Shown here: positions 25,701-37,900 of the stretch, in pieces
How positions within the stretch are numbered: the stretch's first letter is position 1
How the letters are laid out: each line of letters begins with the position of its first letter
Assembly: GCF_018977255.1 (NCBI RefSeq)
Contig: NW_024704756.1
Location: 9,734,001-9,798,000, forward strand
DNA length: 64,000 bases
Direction of reading: 5' to 3'
Source of the DNA: Callorhinchus milii
Lineage: Eukaryota
Notes under the pieces: generated by a model
Seen by the model: the letters and a program-made list of their open reading frames with translations, nothing else
What the model was told of the DNA's origin: nothing
The model's database searches: none
Made by a program: the position numbers and the translations under genes

Positions 25701-28540
25701 AACACCATAACTGTTCAACCGTGGCACCTATAAAGTGAGGTAAACCATTATTTTTGCTGGCACCAGGAAATTCAGTTTTAACCCACTTTCCTTGGTCATA
25801 CCTTACAATACCAACCATTATTCAGCGCACATTTTGGGTTATTTAGCAATCCCACATAGGCTGGTTTGGAAAATTAAACATTTAAACTTCTGCAATAGAA
25901 ACTGCATGTCTGAGATCGGATTTGCTTGTGCCTGGACAGAGGAACATTTACTCTACCCAGTCCATTCTATATTTGACCTGGGAGTGCTTGATTGTGGCAA
26001 AGTTTTCTTTTAGTCATCACCTCTGAGATCCCTCATCATGATTAAAAAAGCTGAAATGGTTCAATTTATAAACTTTCAGAACTACAAAAGAACCCTGCTA
26101 AATCTCCCAAAGATTTAAATTAATAAGTTTAGATCAGAAAAGTATTTTCGAATTATGATGGTTCCTCATTCATTCAACATAGATAAAGTCAAGCAACAAA
26201 AACGAGTGGAACCATTCTCTCCTCTTTTCCCAAAGGCACATTCACTCATTTTTCTGGTTGGTTGATTTCTTCCTCCCAAACGCAGGATATTAAGGCCCCA
26301 ATTTCATCATTGGTTGAGAGATCCCTCAGAAAAGTATAAAATGATCCGAGAAACCAAAAAGCAATGCTGGAACTTACTGCTAAAAGCAAGTCTCTGACAT
26401 TTAAGTCTTAGAGAGACAGAGTCACCATCAGTACTCCTTTCTGACATTAAATTATAAAGAAATAAGAAAGCAAAATAAAGGCATTTTCCACTCTTCGACG
26501 TATGGGGAGGCGATGAACAGACTCAAACTTTTAAAAGCAGATTATCATAGCACATTCCATCTGACAATTTTCCCAAGAGGCTAACTAACAAAGAGCAATA
26601 AGATTCATATTTTTCTACAACTAACAGAGTCACACAAAGCTTGTTTCCAGGTATTTGATCACGTCTCAGTCTCTCTCTGATATTTACAAAATGCTTGTGA
26701 ATGACAGCAGTTCCCTTGCATTTAAAAGTTTACACATCTGTTTTAGATTTGACAGAATTTTCATTCAAGTTCAACAGCTGTGGTTTGGCTCCTCTAAAAA
26801 AATTTATTTTATTCTAGCAAGTTAAGAATCCCTGATAAGTACCCTTGCAGTCCTGAGCAGTTTTGTACAACATTCCCCTACTTGCTTTGGCTGCTGTTAA
26901 GATTCTGGCTGAAGAAATGCATTTTAAAAATCAAATTGTACATGCGTCAGCACAATGGATTTCAGATTTATGGGCAGGTTTCATTTTCTGGTCTGCATTA
27001 GTTTAAAAAAGGCCACATGTGATTTAAACATTTAGGTTGATCACAACGCTTTGTAACTGAGCCAGGTATTGTTTTAATAATGCATGATTATTTCTGGTTC
27101 AACGATAATATATAGGTTTTATTGATAACACATTTAGATGAGTTTTAAATGTCCTGCACATTTTACCAACTGACCTCAGCCATATTTCAGCAGTTACCAT
27201 TAGGGAAAAAGTAGAAAACTAGATCGTCAGAAGAAACCACAAAGAGTACATTAGAATAAATGATTTAGCAATAACCTAAAACCTAAATGTGAAAATTAGC
27301 ATGTGGATCTTAGGGCTCATTAATTACTAAATGCTAATTGTAACATTTGGATGCAACAACCAAACCACTATTTTCTAAAGGTCACCTGTTTCGGAGAGAA
27401 CAGAATTGGGTGAAAATTATTCTCATTTTATAAAATATATATTTTACAAGTGGTGAGAATGGGTGAATATATATTCTAGTTTTCTTTTCAGAACAATCTG
27501 CATCAGCAATTCCTGAGAAAATGGAAACTCTCAGATTTCAGGCAAGCCAGCCTGTAATAAATCAAATCCAAATTTGAATGCAGTCGCATTCAAAAAACAG
27601 ATCTGGGTCAATTTACAACTAAAACTGCAAAACTTACATTTATTCAAGTCAACTGTATTAATGATAAAAGATTTAACAATACGCTGTACATACAAATGAG
27701 AAATATCTGGGGAGGAAAACGTTGAGATTTGCTCTATTTATTTAGCATTTCAACACATCCAGAATTTGACAAATTCTTAATTTTTTCAGAAAACTGTTTT
27801 CAAAATTAAGGCTGAATAATTTGTCAATTTGTGGATGCTTTAGATTGTTAAGAAAATAACAGTAAATCTAAATTAAAGTGCAATTTTTTTTAAAGAAAAA
27901 GTTTGTATTGGTGTTTCAATGCGGCAAAGGATTCAAGTTTGCAATACAAAGCTATAGTTTGAGCAGACATCTTGCACTCTCTGTCTTAACCAGGCCATGC
28001 AAGGAAGGCAAAGTGGAGGAGAGAGTAAACTAGAGTGATTCATTGGTGGATACCAGGAAGCAGGTTATTTGCTTTTTATCTAAGCAAGGGATGAGTGTGC
28101 AATGTAGAAGAACTGAAAGGGGATGGAATAATTTATTCATGTGTGTATTTGGAAGTGATGCAGAAATGAATGTGGAAATGCTTTTAATTTTTAAAAAAGG
28201 GCAAACCTCTTATATTTGGGAAAAAAAGGGTTGCATTTGTAGGCAGAATAACGACTCCGCCTGTTGTTTTATTCCTTTTGAATGAAACTGGTAGTAAGCA
28301 ATAGTTAATATTACGTATATTTAATTTGTATTAATACAGCAGTTTACATTTTCAGTTTACTCAGTACAGGGTCATAAAAGCTCAAAATTCAGAAACCCCA
28401 TTAAAAGCCTCCAGAAGTGGTATTCCTCATGTAAAACATACTTCCATACAACTCGCGTGACTGAAGTCATTGAAATGACCAAGATGACTCCATTAGTTAG
28501 TTCTCAAGTCGATAGATGACCACCTACATGATATTTCACT

Positions 28541-28640
28541 CACAAAATACACAGTCAATCCACTTTACAGTATATCCTGTGAAGTGCTTTGAGACATCTC
28601 GACGACGTGAAAGGCACTATATCAAATGCAAGGATTATTT
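28541..28640 (+). mobile_element. SINE 3' fragment
   Basis: Ends in CACTATATCAAATGCAAGGATTATT. Confidence 0.85.
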
Positions 28641-29305
28641 TAAATTTCCTTTGTTCTCTGAAACAAACTTCAAAATAATGTAGAGGCTGTGAAATATTTT
28701 CAGCAAATTCCTCCCTCCTCAAAATCCCTTCAAAATGTTTCAAAACCTGTGAATTGCAGGAGATACTACTGAACAGCAATGAGCAATATTGCTGTTTGCA
28801 AGATATTTCTTCTGTTAAGATAAAACTATAGTAGATGATTAGGGCAAATTCTGTGTCAAGTATATTAAACCATATATTAATAAACAGTAGAATATTTCAG
28901 CTTATACGGGAGGAAGATCTTAAATCTATGATTGATTAAATCAGGATTGGTTCTCTATTACTTTGTGTACACAGGGTACGAATTTGACCAAAATAAAGAA
29001 ACATAAATTTTTCATTTTAAAACGTATTTCTGTACTGGAGGTGTTGTTTAATGCTTTACTTGACTGCCTCACCAACATAGCAAAGTCATCCCCTGCTCTT
29101 GGACTGGCATTTGCCAAAGAGCATAGCTTTATATTTTTAATGCACATATAAAGCTTTACGCGGTTGCTTGTTAATTATTTTCTTGGTAACTTTGAGGCTG
29201 GTATGCTTTTCCACAAACAACGCAATAAAAATTGCCCCATAGTAACACAGTGCAAAGCAAGGTTCCTTAATCTTTCACAACTGGCGACAGGTTTCATCAT
29301 TACAT

Positions 29306-29405
29306 ATATACAGTCAATACACTTTACAGTATATTCTGTGAAGCGCTTTGAGACGTCTCAAAGACGTGATAAGGTGCTATAATCAAATGCAAGGATTATT
29401 ATTAT
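29306..29405 (+). mobile_element. SINE 3' fragment
   Basis: Tail match; TACATAT on both flanks is a possible TSD. Confidence 0.85.
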
Positions 29406-30422
29406 ACATATACATAGTTTGTCCACTTAGTTACGAAGTGGAAATGCTCTGGCACTTAAGATGTTAAAACAAAACTTTCACAATTCTAATTTTAAAAAAG
29501 GCTAAAAAGCATTTTATTTTTGTTAACTTAAGACTGGAGACTCCCACTTCTTTGTGCCATTTTATTTTATTTTAATAAATATGGTCCACCATCTGCTATG
29601 AAATCTTTAACAACAATTCTTAAAATTCCAATCTAATTTTTATGCATTCATTGCTGTACCCACCACTGTCAGCTCCACTTACCTCTTCCCCTTCACACTA
29701 TCACAACTCACCCAATCTGTGCATTTGTACCATCAACTTGAGAACACTATACTTCTCATCAAAGCTGCTTCACTCTTTCCATCACACTTACTCCTATCCC
29801 TCAGTCTTCCTTCTATTATCCAACACAATGTCTCCTGATTTCAGATGCTTACATTGGGCTTAAATTGCCAAATATCTGGAGTTTTATTTTATAATTCTCA
29901 TGGAAGAGGAATGGATGGCTCTGGGCGTTTGGAAAGTTAGGACTTGTACGAGATATCTCTACTGCAATGTTATTCAACAGCTTTTATCCCCCATGTAATT
30001 CTGGCTTGCCATCATTCTGTTTACATGCTAAATCTTTATATCTTGTAAATTTATGACATAGTTGTAAAATTAAAACATTTAAATGAAACCCTTGCTGTTT
30101 AACTTAAAATTTATACAACCACCTAAATAGATTTTCTTTCTCATTATCCTACACATCGCTTAGTATTCTTTAATCAAGAATAAAATGACCATTCTCATAT
30201 AAATTAGGACTTTGTACCTATTTGTAAAATGGTTCACATTAATCTCAAGTATAATCCTTAAAAAGTGTTGTTTTAATGAGAACGATCATCGGTTTGAAGG
30301 CAAAAGTTACACAGAGTGAGCTATATACATTTCATATGCTTAGCCCAGCATGCTTCAATGGTCATTTAGTAACGGTGCAAATTAGAAAAAAAAATGAAGG
30401 CTTAGTTGTTTCAGTTAAATTT

Positions 30423-30428
30423 TTTATT
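30423..30428 (-). terminator. Candidate KLHL13 polyadenylation signal AATAAA (3' UTR about 1.05 kb)
   Basis: First TTTATT I noticed on + downstream of the stop, with a U-rich tract further downstream on the minus strand. Other candidates lie near 29883, 29514 and 27639. Confidence 0.5.
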
Positions 30429-30867
30429 GAACAAAATGTTGAGCGTCATAGTTCAAATCCACTGAGCTGCAGCAGCACTCCTGCTGAAGCTGCACGTTGT
30501 GCTAAATAACCTCATTAACCAAGATGTACAGAAGGGAGTCGCAGCACAGTGTTGATCTATATAGCAAACAAAGGAGAAGGCTAGAGTTGATGATGGTTAT
30601 TTGGTCAGCTGGTAAATATTTGAATTAAGTCACATTGAAAGATGCAAAAACAAAATAAGTCCTTATCTTTTAAAATTCAATATAGATAAAGAGATGGTTG
30701 CACAAATATTGCATTCTGGAATCCAAGTCCTCAGCACCGCACTGCACTTAAATAGAAACTGAGAAGCAAGGTCCATCCCTTAATTTCAAACAGCTGAAGC
30801 ATTCAATTAGTTCAGGTCAACATTTTAATGGAAAATAAGCACAATACAGTCTGAGATGAAAAGAGTA

Positions 30868-31047
30868 ACTGCGAATGCTGCAAATCTGAATTAAAAACTA
30901 AAAAGTATGCTGAAAATGCACCACAGGCCAATCGGAGGCAGAGAGAAAAGTAAGTTAACTCTTCTGGTTAGCTACATTAAAATGTTAACCTATCTTTCGC
31001 CTTAACATCCCTATTGGCACCTTGGTACATTTTCCGTTTTAATTTCA
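30868..31047. mobile_element. Inverted pair of Penelope-like terminal repeats in the KLHL13 3' UTR
   Basis: Left arm ACTGCGAATGCTGCAAATCTGAATTAAAAAC...GTTAAC; right arm GTTAACC...TGGTACATTTTCCGTTTTAATTTCA. The arms are still partly complementary. Confidence 0.55.
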
Positions 31048-31476
31048 CAATGCAGGCAGTTTTGCCATATCTAAATTTACTGTATTGAACTATTTCAGAT
31101 GTAATGAAGCCCAAGATAATGGAAATGCATTCATGGGTTAGTTAATGAGCTGTTTTGAAATGAATATAGCAATAGGGCCACAGCATTATACTGTCCAAAA
31201 CAAAAAAAAACACTGTATAACAGTAAAATCGCTAAACTTTTTCAGACAAAGTTCATTGTTTGACACATATATTCTTATGCCTTTCTTGCAACAGGTGAAC
31301 AACCAATGGCAACAGAACCGCACAAAGAACTCAATCCACTGTTTTTGTAATTATAGTCATAGGTCACTGCCTAGAAATAGATACGAAGCAAAAATAGGCA
31401 GTTAATCTTTGATATCAATTATGATGCTGTGCAAATGAGTTCTGTATAGGGTTGAAGGTAGAGCAGTTTTCCTTGT

Positions 31477-31964
31477 CTAAGGTGCAGAGAGAGGTGACTC
31501 TCTGGATGGTGATCCAGTGTTTTCCTCAGGTGGGAATACTGTCAGAGTGCAGGCCCTGATCCCTCCCAGTGATTCTGGGAGATCAAAGACCTTCTGCCAT
31601 TCATCTTTCTCTGGGTCATATTTCTGTACTATTTCCACCATACAGCGATTATTCCAAGAATAGCCTCCCACAACATAGATCTTGTGTTCAAAGACTGCAA
31701 CACCTACATCACTCTGTCCACGCAACATGGCTGCAATTGGGGTCCACTGGTCCAGGGCAGGCGTGTAGAACTCACAGCTCAAGACATCGTCATAATCACT
31801 GGTTCCTCTGAAGTGGTTTCCCCCAATGACATAGAGACGGTCCGCAACAGTGCACATGCAGTGAAGACCTCGAACAGTGGTCATTGGAGCTTTCTGCGTC
31901 CATTTGTCTGCATCTGGGTCGAAGCACATGAGTTCCTTTTGGAAAGTATCATGTGTAATCCCTC
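31477..31964 (-). CDS. KLHL13: KLHL13 last coding exon ([17 protein letters not shown]...ESPLSAP*)
   Basis: Acceptor caatag|GA; contains ORF 31477..31929; ends in TAG. Confidence 0.97.
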
Positions 31965-34900
31965 CTATTGTATAGAAACAAAACCTAAATTGTTAGAGTA
32001 CATTTATTTTTTTTAAGTTACTTCGTTCAGATAAGTAACAAAGAGGCAATCAATGTATTCCTCTTGGGATTACAATAAATGTTTATCTTTTTTAAAAAAT
32101 CTAGTTTTTGACTAAAACAATCTTTGATCTAGTCCACTCAAGGTTTTAATTTGGAATTGTACTATCAACAATATTATATTGCTGCAAGAATCTTTTATGA
32201 GACCATAAAATGCTTTTAAAAAATTCATAGATTTACTTTTCAAAATATCTGTTTCGACATTTCCTTAAACTCAATTTCATCATGCTCATCCTCAAGGTCA
32301 TGTAGTAAGATTTCTTAAAACAATCTGCAGAACTCTCCAGCCAGTCTCTGCAGAAAATTCAAGGTGATCAATAAGAAAACATGCTGCTCAGAGAAACGTT
32401 AAGGTGACCCATTTACTGTTGTTATAAAAGGGCACGTGTCAGAGCAAAAGGATGGTGTGGGGTAGGGCAACGGATTGAAAGAAGTGAGCAAATAGTACCG
32501 TTATTTGTGAAGGAAGGTAAACATTTAAGATTTAAACATTTTCTGTTTCAATGCCTTCAAAATTGGTTTACAAGTATATTGACTGTTCACCTGTCAGCTA
32601 GCAAAAAGATTTACCTGAAATATACATAAAACCACCGTAAACCGTTCCAGCATGCCCATAGTGAGGTTCGTTCATTTTTGCCACGTAGCTCCATTCATTG
32701 TTTCTTGGATTGTAGCACTCCACAGTGGCTGTTGTAAATAAATTTGCAAAGAGAAACAATTACAATATGCAGTAAGTGCTTCAGGTGGAAGGAGGGGACG
32801 GGAAAACAAAACTATTTCATTCAATAATAATAATAATCCTTGCATTTGATATAGCGCTTTTCACGTCGGGAGGACGTCCCAAAGCGCTTCACAGAACACA
32901 CTGTAAAGTGAATTGACTGTATATTTGTGGGCGAACGCGGCAGCAATTGCGCACAGCAATGTCCCACAAACAGTCGTAGATTGAAAATGACCAATTTTAT
33001 TACTGTTTTTGGTTTTGGAGGGATTATTATTAGGCTCTGTGTGGAGTAAGGAAACTTGCCCAAGGTTTCGCCCTCTGCCTGGAATTGAACTCAGGTCTCT
33101 CACTTGCAAAGCGAGTGCTCTAACCACTGAGCTACAGGACTCTACGTCCATTCAAATGCTGCTGTTGCCATTTGTTCCCAAGTTCTTTGGGAATCTCATT
33201 AGACTTCATTCCAATAACAAAAAAAAAGTTTGACAAAATCAATATTTTTTGTTTAACGGTGATAAATATGGCTAGGGTGTTTTATAAAGAAACAACAGTA
33301 TAATCCTGTGGATAATGGCTGGCTCCACAAGGTTTTTGTAGGTCGCAGAGCTAGGGAGGAGCAAGTCCTTAAAAGGCTTTAAAAGTGAGGACAAGGAGCT
33401 TGAACTCGATCCTCTGGGGGATGGGGAGCCAGTGGAGTCAGGCGAGGACAGGGGTGATAGGCTCACGGAGCTTAGTGAGGGAGAGACACAAGATACAGAG
33501 TTCTGAATAATCTGCAGTTGGAAGAGTTGGGAAGGCCCGCAAGTAGAGTTAGCATAGTCAAATCTGTATGTAAGAAAACCCTGTTGGGGGTCTCAGCAGC
33601 CTGAGAGAAGAGATAGTGACAGAGGCAAGCAATATTATGGAGGTGGGGAAGACAAAACAGGGGTCATGGCACAAATGTGGGGTTTAAAGACAATTAAGGG
33701 TCAAATTGAGTCTCTGTAATATGGGCAGCATGGAAACCAGATTGGAGAGATTCATATGGGGAGTGGCAGGAGAGGAAAGAGCAAAGCTGGGAAGCAATGA
33801 CTCATTCTAGAACCTTGAAAGGGAACGTCGGAGATCGGACAGTAGTTTAAGTAGAGATGTGTCAAAGGAAGGTTTTTTGAGGGTGGGTATTGACAGCTGT
33901 TTTTAAAGGGAGTGGGAATGGTGTCAGTACTGCAAAGATCAATCTAAGTTCTGCAAATCTGTAAACATGCTGGTTTCCATAAATAAAATGCTACAAACTT
34001 GGGAAACAGAGCAAAGGGCATCCTGCCAAGCCAGTCTGTTTTTGTCGCCGTCGGGGGTGATATTGTATCCAAGTTTACCAATTAACCTTACAGTTACCCT
34101 TACATAGCTGAACAAGCTATGACAAACTTACAAAAAAAACTAATAAATACTGTACATATCATCAAGAAAACTTTCCATCAAGGCAATGTTCTGTTAACTA
34201 GACGATCCACTCACACACCAGAACTAAATGAAAAGAAATGTCATAAGTATTGCATAGATATCTCCTTTCATGAATCCTGCCTACTAAATAAGAAAAAGCA
34301 ATCACTCAAAGTTATACACAATAAACAGAATACTGTAATACAGTATGAAATTGGTAAATACTCGATTGAATTCATGAGCAAAAAACACTAATCTAACTGA
34401 TTTGTGACAGTCACCTGTGATAACGCCTAATAATAATCCTTCCAAAAAAAAACAATAATAAATTGGTCATTTTCAATCTATGACTGTTTGTGGGACATTG
34501 CTGTGCGCAATTGGCTGCCGCGTTCGCCCACAAATATACAGTCAATTCACTTTACAGTGTGTTCTGTGAAGCGCTTTGGGACGTCCTCCCGACGTGAAAA
34601 GCGCTATATCAAATGCAAGGATTATTATTATTATTATAAACATCATGACCCAAGTCCGAGTCTTTATCGGACACTGTGATAAACTTTATATGCAGTAACC
34701 TAAAAGCTTTAAATGAGGATAATCCTTTTCAGTGACACATAAAAGGTGATGGCCAATTTGTACATAGCAATATCCCAGAAAAAGTCATGAAGTAAATGAT
34801 CAATGTTATCTGGGGAGTGTTAGCCAGGATACCTTTTGAATAGAGTGTGGGCACCTTAACATCCACATAAAGAGACCTTAGTTTAGGACGTCAGTTTAAC

Positions 34901-37900
34901 ACCTCATCCGAAGGACAGCACCTATAAGATCAGTTTTTTTCTAAAAATTACATGGTGAAGAGAGGAAATTCGGTGGAATTAACAAAATTCCATAGGTAAC
35001 CAGCAAATGTATCAGAATTTATGCTCCCAAATTTGCCCTAACAAAATTGATAGTCTGCAGCACAGTATGTTGTGTGGGATCACAAATGATTGTGTTGGAT
35101 TGCATGTGAACATAATGATAATTCGCCATAGGAAAGCAGTAATAATAATAATAATCCTTGCATTTGATACAGCGCTTTTTCACGTCTTCTCAAAGCACTT
35201 CACAGAATATACTGTAAAGTGAATTGACTGTATATTTGTGGGCGAAACGTGGCAGCCAATTGCGCACAGCAGTGTCCCACAACAGTTGTGGATTGAAAAT
35301 GACCAATTTATTGNTTTTTTTGTTTTTTGGAGGGATTATTATTAGGGGTGGAGTAAGTAAACTTGCCCAGGGTTTCGCCCTGCCTGGAATTGAACCCAGG
35401 TGTCTGGCTTGCAAGGTGACTGCTCTAACCACTGAGCTATAGGACTCCACAATACAATACTAAAAGACCATAACCAAAGTACAAAAGGAAGCTGTCCAGC
35501 GACTCCAATGGTTCATTTCTCAATTCCTCTCAATTGTCCTCTTCAGCTAATACATCCATAAAAAGTAAATGCTGTACTGACTGACCCCCATCCCTTTTTT
35601 CTTCTGAAATATACTCTAAATGGAGTGCAAATAAAAACAATTTGGTCAAAGAAAGTTAATGTTGTTGAATGGAATGATTTGATTTACAGAAAGTATTTTG
35701 ATAAGATCTCTGAGGCGCTGCCCTGTGTGGAGGGCGCTATACAAGTGCAAGTTGTTGTTGTTGATAAATGGGTAAGACATTCAAGAATTTTGTTAACACA
35801 TGCAGCTTGGCATTCTGTTAAATGGAATTATTTGAAGATCCTCGTTGAGAAAGACAGAAGTATTTAAGTCTTCTATTCTTCCATTTGTAAATTGAACAAC
35901 CCAATGAGGAAAAAAAGAATTAATGCCTCATGAATATTTATAATTAATATTTTAAAAATGCTACTATTAAAGAATGATTGCTGTGACTGATTATATTGCT
36001 TCAATAAAATTCTTGACAATAAATCCTAATAGGATTCCTAGGACTGCACCTAGAGAATTATACTTGGAGAATAAAAGGGTTAGACATCCATTTCAAACAT
36101 CTAACACCAGATTGTTGGTGACCCATTTCCATATAACAGAAAGGGCTTTTATTGTACAGTAGTTTTACATTAAATGTCATTGGTGCATTACAGTATCTGT
36201 TACACTTACATCAAACTAGCCTATACTAATTGCTATTCTGTGCAAGCAGTGCATGGATGTCATTTAAAATTATATTACTGCTCCATACAAAATGACAAGT
36301 TCTGAAATTACAGGTACTGTATATTTACTTAGTGCCAAATAACTTTATAAGATCACAGAGCTATTTTGTAGTAATTAACAATAAAATGGCTCCCAGATCC
36401 ACTGTGAAAATCTTAAATGTAACAAAACACATGACGCATAAAAATGAACACTCTCCAAGGCTTTGCAAAAAAATCCATTAAAAAGCATTTGCTATTTCAG
36501 ATGGCTAGTATTAAGTCTGTCAGAATATGGTCAGAATAGCACCGAAGCAATTATTGAAGGCTTATTTCAAAATAGGCATTCAACACCCAGGTAATATTTC
36601 AGTAAAGTGAACTACTAGAAATTGGTTGTAATATTTAATTGGACAAATGTCTATGGATTATCTAAAAAACAAACACTGCTTAAAACAAGCTGTTGTCTTC
36701 CTTTTTGTGTACCCACCATCCCACCCCTCCCCCCCCAACACAACTGTCCCCAATACATTCTTCATTATGTAAGAAACCAATTATTAAAATATCTTGATAT
36801 AAAATGTCTAGCCAAACTTGCAAAGTGGTACACTGATTTACTCAGTTTCCCTCTAAGACATAACCTTGTGTCCACTTGACAGCTGTTTGCAATAACTCAC
36901 AAGATCAAGAGCTCACTGTGTTGGAACTCACAGCAAGATAGTCAAGTTCAAATCATTGGTCATGGGGAGATTTTTGTGAAAAGCTGGCAGTTAGCCAGCC
37001 ATGAAATGAGTTTTATTTTTCGAAAAGAATCACAGAAAAGTTTGTTTTGCAACAAAAAACAAACTGGAAGCTAAAATTATGTTTTTTTAAACTATAGGTT
37101 CTGGATTTACTTGAAACTTAGCCTTAAAGTAGTAACTCTCTAATATAGACAGCAATGCAATGCCTAAAAAATCAATGCAGATTACATAAGTAATGGAACC
37201 TACAGTAACACAGCAAAGTGCATCAGAATCTAATGGAATCTACCATGTTTCATATTGCCCCAAAATGACTGAACTGCCTGAATTCGTTCAAAATAAGGCG
37301 ACACCTATAAAATATAATAATTTGATTCTGGAAAATAACAAGAAAAATATATTCCATATTCCATACCTGCAGGGGAAATGGGTTCCTTCTACTGAAAACT
37401 AAGATCATACAAAACCATGTTTTGAAAAGACTTTTTTTTCCACATCAAACTATTAATTTGTCATCAGTGGGATACAGCAGCTTTATTAGTCACCAGATAT
37501 TTAAATATATCCAGCTTGGATGGATGAATATTTTGTCCCTTAATGTCGAGCTGTGTTAGTCATAATACATGGTCTTGAAAAAATATATCCTGCAGAGAAA
37601 GCAGCTTTTACATAGAACTGCTTACGTGAATTACTCGTGTATAGATTCGTTGGCAACTGAACTGAGCTAATGAATGTGCCACTATTTTTAAATCTGAATC
37701 AATTATTTCTGTAATTAAACTCAACCTTGGCATGGTACATCAGGAGAGTAGGAATAATAGGTTCCAAAGACAGGGAATAAAAACAAATAAGAGAAGAATG
37801 CACACCCAGCTGATTTGTTGGCGTTCATTTTCAATTTGCAACATAAAGCCTCAGCACACTTTAAAATATTTAATTGGAGAAACACATTAATTCACTAACC

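Noticed and set aside
1-30400. A second protein-coding gene downstream of KLHL13
   Set aside because: I could not identify any ORF or exon chain with recognisable homology; small exons or lncRNAs cannot be excluded by eye.
31569-32016. Plus-strand ORFs overlapping KLHL13 exons (also 40174..40365 and 40464..40742)
   Set aside because: Antisense shadows of coding exons with no independent evidence.
32821-33233. Recurrent similar ORFs (e.g. 17312, 32861, 35190, 62888) resembling a small gene family
   Set aside because: All lie within SINE copies, occur in several frames and on both strands, and have no splice or domain support.
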